Positions 10,025 through 24,748 of a stretch of 64,000 nt of DNA are shown here, in pieces. Source of the DNA: an uncultured Parachlamydiaceae bacterium (GTDB lineage: Bacteria > Chlamydiota > Chlamydiia > Chlamydiales > Parachlamydiaceae); NCBI GenBank assembly GCA_963742415.1, contig CAVULX010000003.1, forward strand, positions 768,001 to 832,000, in the 5' to 3' direction. Position numbers and translations under genes: made by a program. Below the pieces are notes generated by a model that saw only the letters and a list, made by a program, of their open reading frames with translations, was not told the origin of the DNA and made no database searches. The stretch's first letter is position 1, and each line of letters opens with the position of its first letter.

Positions 10025-10828
10025 TTAATTTTGTGATTTCGATGTTTTTATTAAATCTTTCCAATGAGCTCGATTTTCAATAGATAAATAAGGAGTTAGC
10101 TTTTTATAGGAGACAGGCCATTGACTAAATGTTTGAGTATCCACAAAAGCGATCCGTCCATCTTCGGAAAATGGTATGTTATCTGGCTTTGCACAGTCAC
10201 GCAGGCCTAATGTTTCCAATATAATAAAAACTTTATTTAAGATATCAGGGCTCACATTTTTCCAAAGACGCTTATTTTTCATTGACGACAATAATCCCAT
10301 GTCCTCTTCAACAAGGATAAAATGCTTTTGACGGTATTCAGGGGAAGCATTAGGCGTTTGGGGTACTGCGTAGATCCACTTTTTAGGAACTTTAAAAATC
10401 CCTTCCCACTGATGCTTAGCGATTTCTTGCCGGATCGCCTCGGCCCCTCGAATCCTAGAAATCCAAATATGATGCTCCGGCTGGTCCTGGTTTTTGAGTT
10501 GAGCATCTAAATAAGCCTTAACGATATAACCTCGAAGCTTCGGATGGGATGTGACAACAATGTGTGTAAATTTTCTCGGCTTCGGGTTGATGAAACCCGC
10601 ATTCTTCATCGTGGCGATATTCAAAAGGACTCTTGATTTAGAAAAAATTCGATCTAACTTTGCCTTTAAAGGGTCTTCATTAGGCAATAAATAGGGGGAC
10701 ACTTCTTTCAAAATATTTTGCGTCGCCGCAACGCCTTGCCCAGGTACAAAAAGAAAGATGAAGAAAACGAAGAGGCACAAGAGGAAATAAACAAAAACGT
10801 TTTTGTATTTAAAATATTTATTATACAT
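10025..10828 (-). CDS. Exported or anchored protein with protein-kinase-like motifs
   Basis: N-terminal hydrophobic segment; YIVKAY, LVEE, RDCAKPDNI and AFVDTQ. Confidence 0.55.
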   Translation of the reverse strand: MYNKYFKYKNVFVYFLLCLFVFFIFLFVPGQGVAATQNILKEVSPYLLPNEDPLKAKLDRIFSKSRVLLNIATMKNAGFINPKPRKFTHIVVTSHPKLRGYIVKAYLDAQLKNQDQPEHHIWISRIRGAEAIRQEIAKHQWEGIFKVPKKWIYAVPQTPNASPEYRQKHFILVEEDMGLLSSMKNKRLWKNVSPDILNKVFIILETLGLRDCAKPDNIPFSEDGRIAFVDTQTFSQWPVSYKKLTPYLSIENRAHWKDLIKTSKSQN

Positions 10829-10839
10829 TTTTTGCTTAC

Positions 10840-11646
10840 TTAAAACGTTGCAGTAGCTCCAACGGAAAAACCCCCGCCGGTCCCTACATTTTCACCCCAT
10901 AAGTGTTCGAAAAACCCTGCATTAAAAGAGATCCACGATCGTGGTTGCAAAACAAGTTCTAATTCAATACTCAACAGCCTGAAATTAGGATTAAAAGCGA
11001 TTTGGTTAAAGTGCTCCTTTCGCTTGCCATTAAAAAGCCCATACTCCAGCCGGCTATCTCCCCGTATAAACCAAAAAGAATAAATTTGATAAACAAAACC
11101 AAAGTCAAAGCGCAATTGATCAGAAGGAAACCCCTGATACGCTCGATAACCCCCTCTTACACAAAATTCTACGAAATGATTCTTAAGGTTAAATGAGCTT
11201 AAATAAAGAAGATCCCCCTCAATGCCAAAACAACCATAACGGAGAGCATGGGTTTCCCCTCCCGCAGGGATGACCCCTAAAACTTGAGTAAAAAAAGTTC
11301 CTTGGCAGCAAGATCCTAAACAATGGGTCCACACGACTTCAAAATCGGCAAACCCATACGTTTTCCCTTCCAAGGTTTCATCAATGAAGTCATACTCTAC
11401 ATATCCGGAGATCATCTCACCGGAAATGGGAACATAGGATGTCCATAATGTAAGGGCATTTTCCTTAAAATGATTAAAAGCAGGCTTTTTTTTGCCGTTT
11501 TTATTCCAAAAGTGCTTTGTTTGGTAGTGATAAAAATCGAATTCAAAGCAAAGGCCTTCAAAACAAAAACCCTCTAAACCCTGAAAAAAAATCAGATGTA
11601 AGAAAAAAGCAGCAAAGAAAATAAGTTTTTTTTTCACCTGACCCAT
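10840..11646 (-). CDS. Probable outer-membrane beta-barrel protein
   Basis: Signal peptide, aromatic-rich alternating strands, C-terminal Phe (GFSVGATATF). Confidence 0.6.
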   Translation of the reverse strand: MGQVKKKLIFFAAFFLHLIFFQGLEGFCFEGLCFEFDFYHYQTKHFWNKNGKKKPAFNHFKENALTLWTSYVPISGEMISGYVEYDFIDETLEGKTYGFADFEVVWTHCLGSCCQGTFFTQVLGVIPAGGETHALRYGCFGIEGDLLYLSSFNLKNHFVEFCVRGGYRAYQGFPSDQLRFDFGFVYQIYSFWFIRGDSRLEYGLFNGKRKEHFNQIAFNPNFRLLSIELELVLQPRSWISFNAGFFEHLWGENVGTGGGFSVGATATF

Positions 11647-11659
11647 TTACGACCGAAAA

Positions 11660-12010
11660 TTATAAATTGTCGAGCTCTTCAGATCCTTCCACATCATTAT
11701 TCAAAACTGATTGCGTAGCTAAAGCAATATTCGAATCATTTTTCCAGCAAAAAAGGGGAACATATTTTTTATCTTTATTCAAAATCATCGTGCCCCCTCC
11801 GATGAGAACAGCACCAAACAGTGATATAACGAATCCAGATATAGCATAAATTGGATTGCCGCCCGCTCTAAATTGATTAGAGAACCCTTGAACATTGCCG
11901 TAGGTAAATAAGATGCCCCCAAAAACAGCTAAACTCTTTCCCGTACATTCTCTTGAAAACCTGAAAACTTCTCCTAAAGTAATTTCACCTGAATTTGCGT
12001 AAACTTGCAT
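11660..12010 (-). CDS. Hypothetical small two-TM protein (Inc-like topology)
   Basis: Two hydrophobic stretches; AGGTG RBS upstream. Confidence 0.5.
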   Translation of the reverse strand: MQVYANSGEITLGEVFRFSRECTGKSLAVFGGILFTYGNVQGFSNQFRAGGNPIYAISGFVISLFGAVLIGGGTMILNKDKKYVPLFCWKNDSNIALATQSVLNNDVEGSEELDNL

Positions 12011-12585
12011 TGAACACCTAAACTTAAAAAATCAAAAGGAAGTAATAATCTAAAAATGATTTCATATTTTGACAAGAACTTTATGGAAAGTTTATGAGGG
12101 ATAGGGAAGGGATCTAGGGATGCCAGAAATATTGTCTAACGGAAGAATATCGCTATTTTTAGCTGTCCATTGATCCATATTGAGGCATTAAATTCAGAAA
12201 TACACGCCCCTCATGCCTTCCATACCCTCCCTATTTGTAAATAAAAAAAGACCCTTACACACAACTCTGCACAGATTATCAGAAAAAAAGAAAAAAAGGT
12301 GTTGCGCAAATAAGACGATTTTTTGTATGTTTTGAGCTTCGTTCGCAAGATCGGCTCTCATAAAGCAGGATTGCAAACCGAATAAAAGACGTTAGCAAAC
12401 GTTTTAATATAAGCTGTTTTGACAACAAGAGAAAGATGATGTGCAAGCAAATGTAGAAATACAAAAACATGGAGCTTGTGCTGAAATGAAACCGTAATTA
12501 GCGAAAGCTGAAGATAGGAAAGAATAGATCGCGATTATATTTAGGAACATTCAGTTCCGAAGCAACCAAATTTTCAAAGATTTTA

Positions 12586-14129
<1,544 letters not shown>

Positions 14130-14450
14130 AAAGGACAAAGTGAGTATGCGGAAGCATACCTAACTAGGTTGGGCAAGCTCTATGGCTTCACATCGTCTTC
14201 CTCGCTGTCAAAACAGTATTGTTATCTTGACAGTCCAAGAAATCAAGAATCAAGTAAAATCCAAGCGGAGAAATTTATTAAGTAAATTTCAAAAATTCAC
14301 TGACAAAAATCGACGCTTGAGGATAATCTTCACATAAAGACATAGTAAATTATGTTTGTAAAATAAAGGCGCACAAGCAAAGCTTGTGCACATCGTAGCT
14401 CATAAAAAGGCTTGAAAAACAAGCCAAATACAGCTTGTATCAAATAATTT

Positions 14451-17396
<2,946 letters not shown>

Positions 17397-17552
17397 CCTT
17401 TTTTTTAAGAATAGATGGAAGAGGAAGACCAATTCCTTTCATCGAGAAGAGTGGTCACAAGATTTTTTAAGTTCACAAGTTGTATGATGAGAGTGAAGAG
17501 AGTCTTTAAGCGTCGATTTTTGTAAGTGAAGCCGAAAGGCAGCTAAGATTTT

Positions 17553-17668
17553 GCTTGGTGGCAATAGAGAAGGGGAAACACCTGATCCCATTCCGAACTC
17601 AGAAGTCAAGCCCTTCATCGCCGATGGTACTGCACACAAGAGTGTGGGAGAGTAGGTCGTCGCCAAGC
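17553..17668 (+). rRNA. rrf: 5S rRNA
   Basis: GCTTGGTGGC...CCCATTCCGAACTCAGAAGT...GATGGTACT...CGCCAAGC. Confidence 0.98.
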
Positions 17669-17677
17669 TTTTTTTTC

Positions 17678-17712
17678 ACCCTGATACTCATAAAAGTATC
17701 AGGGTTTTTTTT
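17678..17712 (+). terminator. Rho-independent terminator of the rRNA operon
   Basis: ACCCTGATACT-cataaa-AGTATCAGGGT followed by a T-run. Confidence 0.9.
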
Positions 17713-17784
17713 TGGAATTCGTCGGCTTGCCGCTTTTAGTCCATCTCGCCTATCTCGTCCACTTCCGGGCGGGCTGTTTTTTTC

Positions 17785-18180
17785 TTACTTCTTTTTGTTT
17801 TGCCTCTTCTTCACATGGGCGCAGGCCTGCCGAATTTCTTTTTTAAATTTATTGAAGTCGATTTGCAATCCCGAGACGTATGTACTCCACCCTGCACTTG
17901 ATTTTGCAAAATGGATCGCATCTTCTATTTCTTGCTTTGTTGCACCATTGAGCTTTGCCAATTCAGTGTGAAAAAAAATGCAGTACTTGCATTTTGTTAT
18001 AGCACTGATGGCTAAGCCGATTAATTCCCGATATTTATTTGGAATGGGACCTTTATCGAATTGAACTTTTTTAAATAAATGCCATTCAAGCGCTAATGAA
18101 GAGTCTGGCAATTCTTTAAACATCGAGGGGACATTTCCAAATAATTCTTTTATTTCTTTATAAATTTTCTCTCTGGACAT
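17785..18180 (-). CDS. Carboxymuconolactone decarboxylase / AhpD family protein
   Basis: KYRELIGLAISAITKCKYCIFFH with CxxC; AGGAGG RBS before ATG 18180. Confidence 0.88.
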   Translation of the reverse strand: MSREKIYKEIKELFGNVPSMFKELPDSSLALEWHLFKKVQFDKGPIPNKYRELIGLAISAITKCKYCIFFHTELAKLNGATKQEIEDAIHFAKSSAGWSTYVSGLQIDFNKFKKEIRQACAHVKKRQNKKK

Positions 18181-18398
18181 GTGCCTCCTTCCTTTGAACA
18201 CCGGTTAATTATTTTTTTGCACAAAATAAGGTCTTTTTCAAGGGAAAAATCAAAAGAGGAATCCGATTCAAATTATATAAATATAGTTTTTATTGTTATT
18301 GCCATTATAAAACGCATTAATTTATTGTAAAATTATTGCTATTTATATTACTATTTAAATATTGTTATTTGTATTGCAACTTTATAAGGAGGTTAATT

Positions 18399-18872
18399 AT
18401 GGATCCAACGGGCGGAAAGCCAACCTTAGTTTCTTTTAGTTCTTTTGCTGCTGAAGGTAGGCCGCGTAATAAAGAGACATTGCTGGACGCATTTTCTAGC
18501 AAGGTTGAATTGCAGAAATTGAATAAGGGAAAAGAGCCCTATTATATGAAGTCATCAGGTGTTTGGGAATGTATGGCGAGAGGCTTTGCAAGGGGAGAAT
18601 CATTTCTTGTAGGACAAAAGTGGTGTAGGAGTCTCGAAGAAGCTGAGGAACAAGAAGAGGAGATTCTAGCAAAAGCCTTTTCTAACGGGGAATTTGTTAT
18701 GCTGGATGACAAACCGTTCAAGTCCTTTGCAGCTATTGACCAGTGGGATGAGACTGGAAAATTTTTACCTCTCGAAAAACAACCTCTTGATACTGAAGCA
18801 AACAATTCTTCTCAAACCATCGAATCTAAAGAGAGTCGACAGTACTCTGCTAAGGAACAGTGGAACGACTAA
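18399..18872 (+). CDS. Hypothetical protein
   Basis: AAGGAGG RBS before ATG 18399; no recognisable motif. Confidence 0.65.
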   Translation: MDPTGGKPTLVSFSSFAAEGRPRNKETLLDAFSSKVELQKLNKGKEPYYMKSSGVWECMARGFARGESFLVGQKWCRSLEEAEEQEEEILAKAFSNGEFVMLDDKPFKSFAAIDQWDETGKFLPLEKQPLDTEANNSSQTIESKESRQYSAKEQWND

Positions 18873-18983
18873 ATTGCCCTTATATTAATATAGTTTTTGT
18901 TTGATTTTTATAATAAATTTTGTTAAATTAGTTTAAACTTTGTTTTTATTAATACATTTAACTATTAATCTAGAGTAAAAATT

Positions 18984-20195
18984 ATGCAGCTGCGATTCGC
19001 CAAAGATGGAGACAACTTATTCCCTCTAGCAGCGAATATGTATTTTAATCTTGATTTAGAAAATAGATTTAATCCTATTTTCGAAAAGGCCCGTGAATTT
19101 TCGGAAATTTTTAAATCAGACCGACTTGCAAGAATAACTAATATGGTTCTTTCCTTGGCAACCTTTTTTCAGCCGGAACCAGTAAGGGTCGCTTTGACTT
19201 TGCAAGTGGGGAGTGGCATTGGTTGGAATCTCACGCAAAAAATTATTAAAGACTACAAAGCAAGCGCATACGTAGAAACTAGCCGCGACCTATTAAGATT
19301 AACGGCGAATGTAGCGCTTGTGGCATTCACTATTTTTCGACCGAGTGTTGCAGCAATCCTTGGGGAAAGTTTTAAAATTGTGAGTAATGTCAATGAGCTT
19401 TGCCAAGCGATCAAGGCAAAAGAAGGAATAAATGCAGCTTCAAAATTTCTTTTAATCTCATTTTCAGCCATTCATATAATGGCTTTAACAACAAAGAATC
19501 CTATTACTATTGCTACATCTATTGTAGCTCAAGGTTTATTTGAATTTTATAGTGCCTATAATGAGTATAAAAACGATAGATGGTTAGAAGGCGGCTGCAG
19601 ATTAGTGGTTGCCGCAATCCGACTAGTACAATTTAAAAAATATATGCAACAGCATTCCAATCAGATTCGCCTAACATATAAAAAGGCTACAGAGAAAATT
19701 GTTTATAACGAACCTTCCGATTTGAATATGATCGTCATTCCAAAACAGAATTTTAAAACCCAAACAGAAGATTTTACTTCTTACCGTCACCAATTTGACT
19801 TTTGGGGAGGAGAAGAGGAAAAATTTGTTTCAGGAAAAAGTTCTGTGTTGAAAGTCGCGACTAAAGATGATAAAGGGCTATTTTTTTATACTTACCTGAG
19901 GCTGCCTCCTACAAGCAGAAGTATAATTGACCGTCCTCCACTGGCAGAGCAATATCTGGATTCTATCAAAGAGAAGACTGGCATTCAATTTGATCCGGTC
20001 TCCCATACTTGTTCGCATCCTGCATTAGGGAAAGGGCAATGGGTGTTAAATGATGAATTCAGAAATGCCCATCAAGCCAGTGACTGGAGAGAGAGGGCTC
20101 ATCATCATTCCCTTTCTCTTTCTATCTATTTTGGGAATGACAATTCGGAACAATGGTTCAACACCACGAAAACTATGCAAATCAAAAAAGCCTAA
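18984..20195 (+). CDS. Hypothetical protein with a central hydrophobic helical region
   Basis: 403 aa ORF in AT-rich surroundings. Confidence 0.7.
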   Translation: MQLRFAKDGDNLFPLAANMYFNLDLENRFNPIFEKAREFSEIFKSDRLARITNMVLSLATFFQPEPVRVALTLQVGSGIGWNLTQKIIKDYKASAYVETSRDLLRLTANVALVAFTIFRPSVAAILGESFKIVSNVNELCQAIKAKEGINAASKFLLISFSAIHIMALTTKNPITIATSIVAQGLFEFYSAYNEYKNDRWLEGGCRLVVAAIRLVQFKKYMQQHSNQIRLTYKKATEKIVYNEPSDLNMIVIPKQNFKTQTEDFTSYRHQFDFWGGEEEKFVSGKSSVLKVATKDDKGLFFYTYLRLPPTSRSIIDRPPLAEQYLDSIKEKTGIQFDPVSHTCSHPALGKGQWVLNDEFRNAHQASDWRERAHHHSLSLSIYFGNDNSEQWFNTTKTMQIKKA

Positions 20196-20324
20196 ATTGT
20201 CCATATATCGGTCTTTCTCTCGGCGAATAGCATTGAAAAATAGATAGACACTTAAAGTCTAATAGGATAATTTTGTATGAAATTAAGAGGCAGTCTCTAG
20301 AGTACGAACAATATAAGGGGATTT

Positions 20325-22163
20325 GTGTTAAAACAAATAATTCGCAAACTTTCTTCTTTTACTTATCTGAATATTACCCAATTTTTAGGTGCTCTTAACG
20401 ATAACATTTACAAGCTTTTGATTGTTTATTTTTTGATCCAATTGGATGGCATTGAACATAGCCATTGGATTCTCGCCTCTACCGGCGCTGTCTTCGTATT
20501 GCCTTTTTTACTTTTTTCCGCTTCCTCGGGAACTTTGGCTGATCGGTTTAGCAAGCGAAACATCATTGTGCTGACAAAAGTGCTGGAATTGGTCACGATG
20601 CTAGCGGCTGTTTTCACCTTTTACTTTGAAACCCAAGTAGGATGCTACTGTGTTCTTTTTCTACTTGCAACCCAAAGCGCTATCTTTGGTCCTTCAAAGT
20701 ATGGAATAGTGCCGGAATTAGTCTCTACGGATAAGATTTCGAAGGCTAATGGAATCATGACTTCGTTTACATTTTTGGCCATTATATTAGGAACCTTTTT
20801 AGCTTCTTTTATCTTAGATATCACCGGCCGCCACTTCATCGTAGCAAGTTTACTTTGTTTGCTCGTCGCTGTCGTCGGTCTTATTACAAGTTTTTGCATT
20901 GAATATACTCCCCCTGCAGGCTCGTTAAAACGATTCAACATTTTTTTTCTTTATGAAATATATAGCACAATGCGTTTGGTAGCAACAGAGCGCTCATTGC
21001 TGATGGCTGTGATTGGATCTTCTTTTTTTCTATTTTTAGGAGCCTTTGTTCAGCTCAATATGATTCCTTTTGCTGTTGAATCCCTTCATCTTACAGATGT
21101 CCAAGGGGGATATCTCTTTCTTTTGACGGCTTTAGGAATTGGATCAGGAGCTGCCTTATCAGGAAAGATCTCAGGAAAAATTGTCGAATTGGGCCTTCCC
21201 CCTATTGCAGGATTGGGGGTCGTTCTGAGTTGTTATGCCCTTGATCTTTTTTCTAATAGCCTTTGGACTTGTGTTCCTCTTGTTGCTCTGTTGGGATTAT
21301 TTGGCGGAATGTATGAAATACCACTCGATTCTTACATTCAAGTTGCAAGCCCTAAAAAGCACCGCGGGCAAATTGTAGCGACGACAAATTTTTTTAGTTT
21401 TTTAGGAGTTCTCTTTTCTTCGGGACTCATTTTTTTAAGTGGAGAAATTTTAGGCCTCAAAGCTGATAAAGGATTTACCCTGATCGGTTCAATTACTTTG
21501 GGTGTGGTTGTTTTGTTAACATTTCAATATTTTGATTATCTTACACGGTTTATCTGTTCTATTCTTTCAAAGCTGCATTTTCAAACCACTTATACAGGCT
21601 TAGATAATATCCCAGCATCCCCTGCTATCTATGTTTGCACCCATCTGGCTTGGAACGATGCTTTATTAATGATGGGAGCCCAAAGAAAGCGGATGCGTTT
21701 TTTTATCGAGCAAGAGCAAGATCATTCAAAATGGATGCGCCGTCTTTACCGTCTTTTACGGGTTGTTTTTATACCGACATTAGAGCCCTTAGAAAAAAAT
21801 CAGGCTTGTTTAAATACCATAAAAAGCACTTTAAAAAAAGGGATATCAGTTTGCATTTTTACAAATAATGAAGACATTTGTGACGAAATCGAAAAGCTTA
21901 AACATTCTTATTCTTTTAGAGAAATTTTAGAACAGACACATTATCCGATGATTCCCGTTGCTATCGAAAAAGGGGAAAAATTCCAACCCCATTCTAGGTC
22001 CCGATTGGCTTCACGACTATTGCAGAAGTTTCGAGTCCCAGCCGCTATTTCTTTCGGTTCGATGATTTGCGGCGCGTTCCTTCCCCCAATGGAAGAAGTA
22101 GATGATGAAATAGAATCAAAAGATTCTTCTGAAACAGAACAGCTTCCGTTGCCAACAACATAA
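20325..22163 (+). CDS. MFS lysophospholipid transporter (LplT-like) fused to a PlsC-like acyltransferase domain
   Basis: TQFLGALNDN, GTLADRFSKR and QSAIFGPSKYGIVPE; C-terminal H-x4-D (HLAWND). Confidence 0.82.
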   Translation: MLKQIIRKLSSFTYLNITQFLGALNDNIYKLLIVYFLIQLDGIEHSHWILASTGAVFVLPFLLFSASSGTLADRFSKRNIIVLTKVLELVTMLAAVFTFYFETQVGCYCVLFLLATQSAIFGPSKYGIVPELVSTDKISKANGIMTSFTFLAIILGTFLASFILDITGRHFIVASLLCLLVAVVGLITSFCIEYTPPAGSLKRFNIFFLYEIYSTMRLVATERSLLMAVIGSSFFLFLGAFVQLNMIPFAVESLHLTDVQGGYLFLLTALGIGSGAALSGKISGKIVELGLPPIAGLGVVLSCYALDLFSNSLWTCVPLVALLGLFGGMYEIPLDSYIQVASPKKHRGQIVATTNFFSFLGVLFSSGLIFLSGEILGLKADKGFTLIGSITLGVVVLLTFQYFDYLTRFICSILSKLHFQTTYTGLDNIPASPAIYVCTHLAWNDALLMMGAQRKRMRFFIEQEQDHSKWMRRLYRLLRVVFIPTLEPLEKNQACLNTIKSTLKKGISVCIFTNNEDICDEIEKLKHSYSFREILEQTHYPMIPVAIEKGEKFQPHSRSRLASRLLQKFRVPAAISFGSMICGAFLPPMEEVDDEIESKDSSETEQLPLPTT

Positions 22164-22187
22164 CGACCCAAACTCAGATTGACAAGA

Positions 22188-22964
22188 TCATTGAGGAAAA
22201 ACGGCTGTTGTCTTAGGTATTACCGTAGGCTCTGTCGACAACGGAGTAGGGTTATATAATGGGGTAGGGGTATATACTGCCGTTGGCAATTCACCTTCCC
22301 CTTTTGTTATCTTTATCCCAATGATTTTCCAAGACCCTTCGGCTTTAGTTAAAAAGTAATCGACTTTAAGTTCACGGTTGTCTGTTGAAGTTAAAATCCC
22401 CTCTAAAGAAGCAATATTGTTTTTGAATTCTAACCCTGCAAACATGGCATTTTTATTTTTAAGAAACACAGGATAGCTGGTGATAAAAAAAATAAAATTG
22501 TCTAGAGAAGTTTTTTCACGGAATTGTTCTGCAGTATAAGCATTGTAAGCTCTGGCGTATTCTTCATGTTGGACGGCGTTCAATTGGTTTTCAATGACAG
22601 AGAGGATTTCTTGGGCATCTTGCCTGGTCAACCGGTCGCACGCTTCTAATGTGGGGGAGGTGACCCCTGGAGCTGAAGAAGCGGGAGCAGAAGAAGCGGG
22701 AGCAGAAGGAGCGGGAGCAGAAGGAGCAGGAGTAGAAGGGGCAGGTGCCGGTGTGGTTTTCTTGGGTCGGGATAATAGAGGTTGAACTGACTTTGGTGTT
22801 GGGTAAGGCGTATTTGTTGTCGACGGTGTAGAAGGGGGAGGCATAGGTGATATTGCTCCTCCCCCGCCGTCGTAGGCCCAAATCGACATGGGAAGGTAAA
22901 CATACGCAAGAAAACTAGTTAAACCTAAACGGCTTTTTGTTGTTAAAAATTTTTCAAGATTCAT
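22188..22964 (-). CDS. Exported DUF4864-like (NTF2-like) protein with a Pro/Ser/Ala linker
   Basis: IENQLNA...AYNAYT.EQFREKTSLDNF...YP...VDYFLTK..GSWKI. Confidence 0.7.
   Translation of the reverse strand: MNLEKFLTTKSRLGLTSFLAYVYLPMSIWAYDGGGGAISPMPPPSTPSTTNTPYPTPKSVQPLLSRPKKTTPAPAPSTPAPSAPAPSAPASSAPASSAPGVTSPTLEACDRLTRQDAQEILSVIENQLNAVQHEEYARAYNAYTAEQFREKTSLDNFIFFITSYPVFLKNKNAMFAGLEFKNNIASLEGILTSTDNRELKVDYFLTKAEGSWKIIGIKITKGEGELPTAVYTPTPLYNPTPLSTEPTVIPKTTAVFPQ
22672..22746. repeat. 15-nt tandem repeat, about 5 copies, encoding APSAP/APASS
   Basis: Unit approximately GCAGAAGAAGCGGGA. Confidence 0.85.
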
Positions 22965-24637
22965 CTTTTACTCCAATCTGAAAGTAAATGTTCTAAAAGC
23001 GCCTTCCTTTCCATCTGTCGAAGCTCGTAATTGGTAATTTCCCCCTGGCCACCCATTCGGAGGGGGGAAAAAATCAGTGTTATGATGCTATCGTTATCTT
23101 CTTCCAAAGTCGAATTGAGGATGGGAATGCTGGATCCTGATTCGACATGCCTTAAAAGCAGGTTAATCTTTTGACCCGCTGCACCATTTTTTATATATAA
23201 GTTCACATATATATCCCCAATTTCTTTTTTGAAAGTGGTGCCGTTGTCTTCAACTTTTCCATCCTCATCTATCTTCGTTCCAAAGATGGCTTTAGGAAAT
23301 TCGATGCGTGGGTTTTCTTTTTCTGTTGAGGGGGAGGGCACATTCTTTTCCAGGTTTCTATTGATGGAAGGATGGGTAAAAATGTGTAAGATTTTCCAAT
23401 TTCCATCTTGCTGAATGAGGTCGAATTCGACAGGGAGCGCAATAGTGTCGGAATGGATGATCTCTCCTGTCATGGTGGCAATGTTGTTATTGAAAATCAA
23501 TTTCTCAAAGGAGGAGTCTTTACTTTGTACAAATTCAGGATGCTTTTTGATGAATTCTTCAAAAGCATTTTGTGAATTTTCTTCTTGGAATTGACTCGAG
23601 GTCAGTGCATAGGCTTTGTCAAAATCCCTTGACCGCAAGGCAGATAAAAATGATTGAATGACCGTGATTAAGTCTCGGGTTTTAAACGATGAGCCCTCTT
23701 TGTTTTCATTGGAAGTGGAAAGAATTTGCATCCCGGTAACTTTCCATTGCCCATCCATCTTTTGAAAGGCGTACTCGACTTCCATTGTCTCGTTCCCCTT
23801 TTGAAGGCGAGCCTTCAGGAACCCTTCATTTTTTTCCGCGTCAGGCTCTAAAATATTGACGCTTTGGTGACGAGTAAACGTAGGATTGATATTGATAAAC
23901 TTCTGAAAGGTATCAAAAGGGATCTCTTTTTTTAAGTCGTCACTCAAAAAATCATAAGCTTTATTGATGTCATTTTGCCGCAACGCTTTTAGTTGCTGCT
24001 GGGCAATTTCTATGATCGCAGATCCATTATTTGCATTTTCTTGAATGTCTTTTGGGGAGATTGTTCGGATCCGTATGGACTGTATTTTCCACTTCCCATT
24101 TTCTTTGACAAGGTAGTATTGCATGAGGAGAGGCTCTTCTTCTTCGGGATTGATCATTACAGTCGCAACGCCCATATCCCCTTCTACATAGTGCTCTTTG
24201 TAATCGTGAAAACGGTTTTTGAGTAATGTTGGATAGGTTACAACAAAATTTTTAAATTTCTCAAAGGGGGTTTCCTCTTTAAATTGGGAAGAGGTAAAAT
24301 CTTGGTACCCCTTTTCTAAATTACTGGATTGCAATGCTTGTAAGATCCCTTCTATGGGAGCAACTAACTCCTCTGTGGCTGTTGAATCCTCTTTTTTAGC
24401 AGAAACTTCGGCTAAAGTGCTTGGCATTAAGACATTAAGTTGTTGTTCTGCAAGGATATAGAGATGATCCTTATAAAAATGGAACCCCTCATATAACCCA
24501 ACTATCAAAAGAGGTAGAAGTAAAAAAATAATCCATCGTTTTCCCTTTTTGCGGGCGGACTTATCATAGGGGTGGCCGCATGTAGAACAAAAACGCCCAC
24601 CATGAGCCATTAGATTACCACATTTAGAACAGTACAT
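22961..24637 (-). CDS. Zinc-ribbon + TM + three DUF4864-like domains; probable frameshift near the 3' end (restored stop at 22968)
   Basis: CSKC..CSTC, one TM, three QxxAL..AY..F..YxLxK..GxWKI units; see finding. Confidence 0.72.
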   Translation of the reverse strand: MYCSKCGNLMAHGGRFCSTCGHPYDKSARKKGKRWIIFLLLPLLIVGLYEGFHFYKDHLYILAEQQLNVLMPSTLAEVSAKKEDSTATEELVAPIEGILQALQSSNLEKGYQDFTSSQFKEETPFEKFKNFVVTYPTLLKNRFHDYKEHYVEGDMGVATVMINPEEEEPLLMQYYLVKENGKWKIQSIRIRTISPKDIQENANNGSAIIEIAQQQLKALRQNDINKAYDFLSDDLKKEIPFDTFQKFININPTFTRHQSVNILEPDAEKNEGFLKARLQKGNETMEVEYAFQKMDGQWKVTGMQILSTSNENKEGSSFKTRDLITVIQSFLSALRSRDFDKAYALTSSQFQEENSQNAFEEFIKKHPEFVQSKDSSFEKLIFNNNIATMTGEIIHSDTIALPVEFDLIQQDGNWKILHIFTHPSINRNLEKNVPSPSTEKENPRIEFPKAIFGTKIDEDGKVEDNGTTFKKEIGDIYVNLYIKNGAAGQKINLLLRHVESGSSIPILNSTLEEDNDSIITLIFSPLRMGGQGEITNYELRQMERKALLEHLLSDWSKR

Positions 24638-24748
24638 ATTTTCGCCCTGAGGTGAAGCGTATTAGATTGGAAATATAATTTTTTAGACTACCGGCTGCAA
24701 GCAAAAAGTGAAAAGCTTTCAAATTAGCGTACTGCGCTTTGAAGCTGG

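Noticed and set aside
12093..12236. Weak inverted repeats (ATAGGGAAGGGAT / ATACCCTCCCTAT) upstream of the rRNA operon
   Set aside because: Too short and degenerate to call an element.
12302..12331. Possible rRNA promoter TTGCGC-N18-TATGTT
   Set aside because: A weak match in AT-rich sequence that cannot be distinguished from alternatives without TSS data.
14130..14450. tRNA genes in the 16S-23S spacer
   Set aside because: No cloverleaf or T-loop GTTCRA motif is visible.
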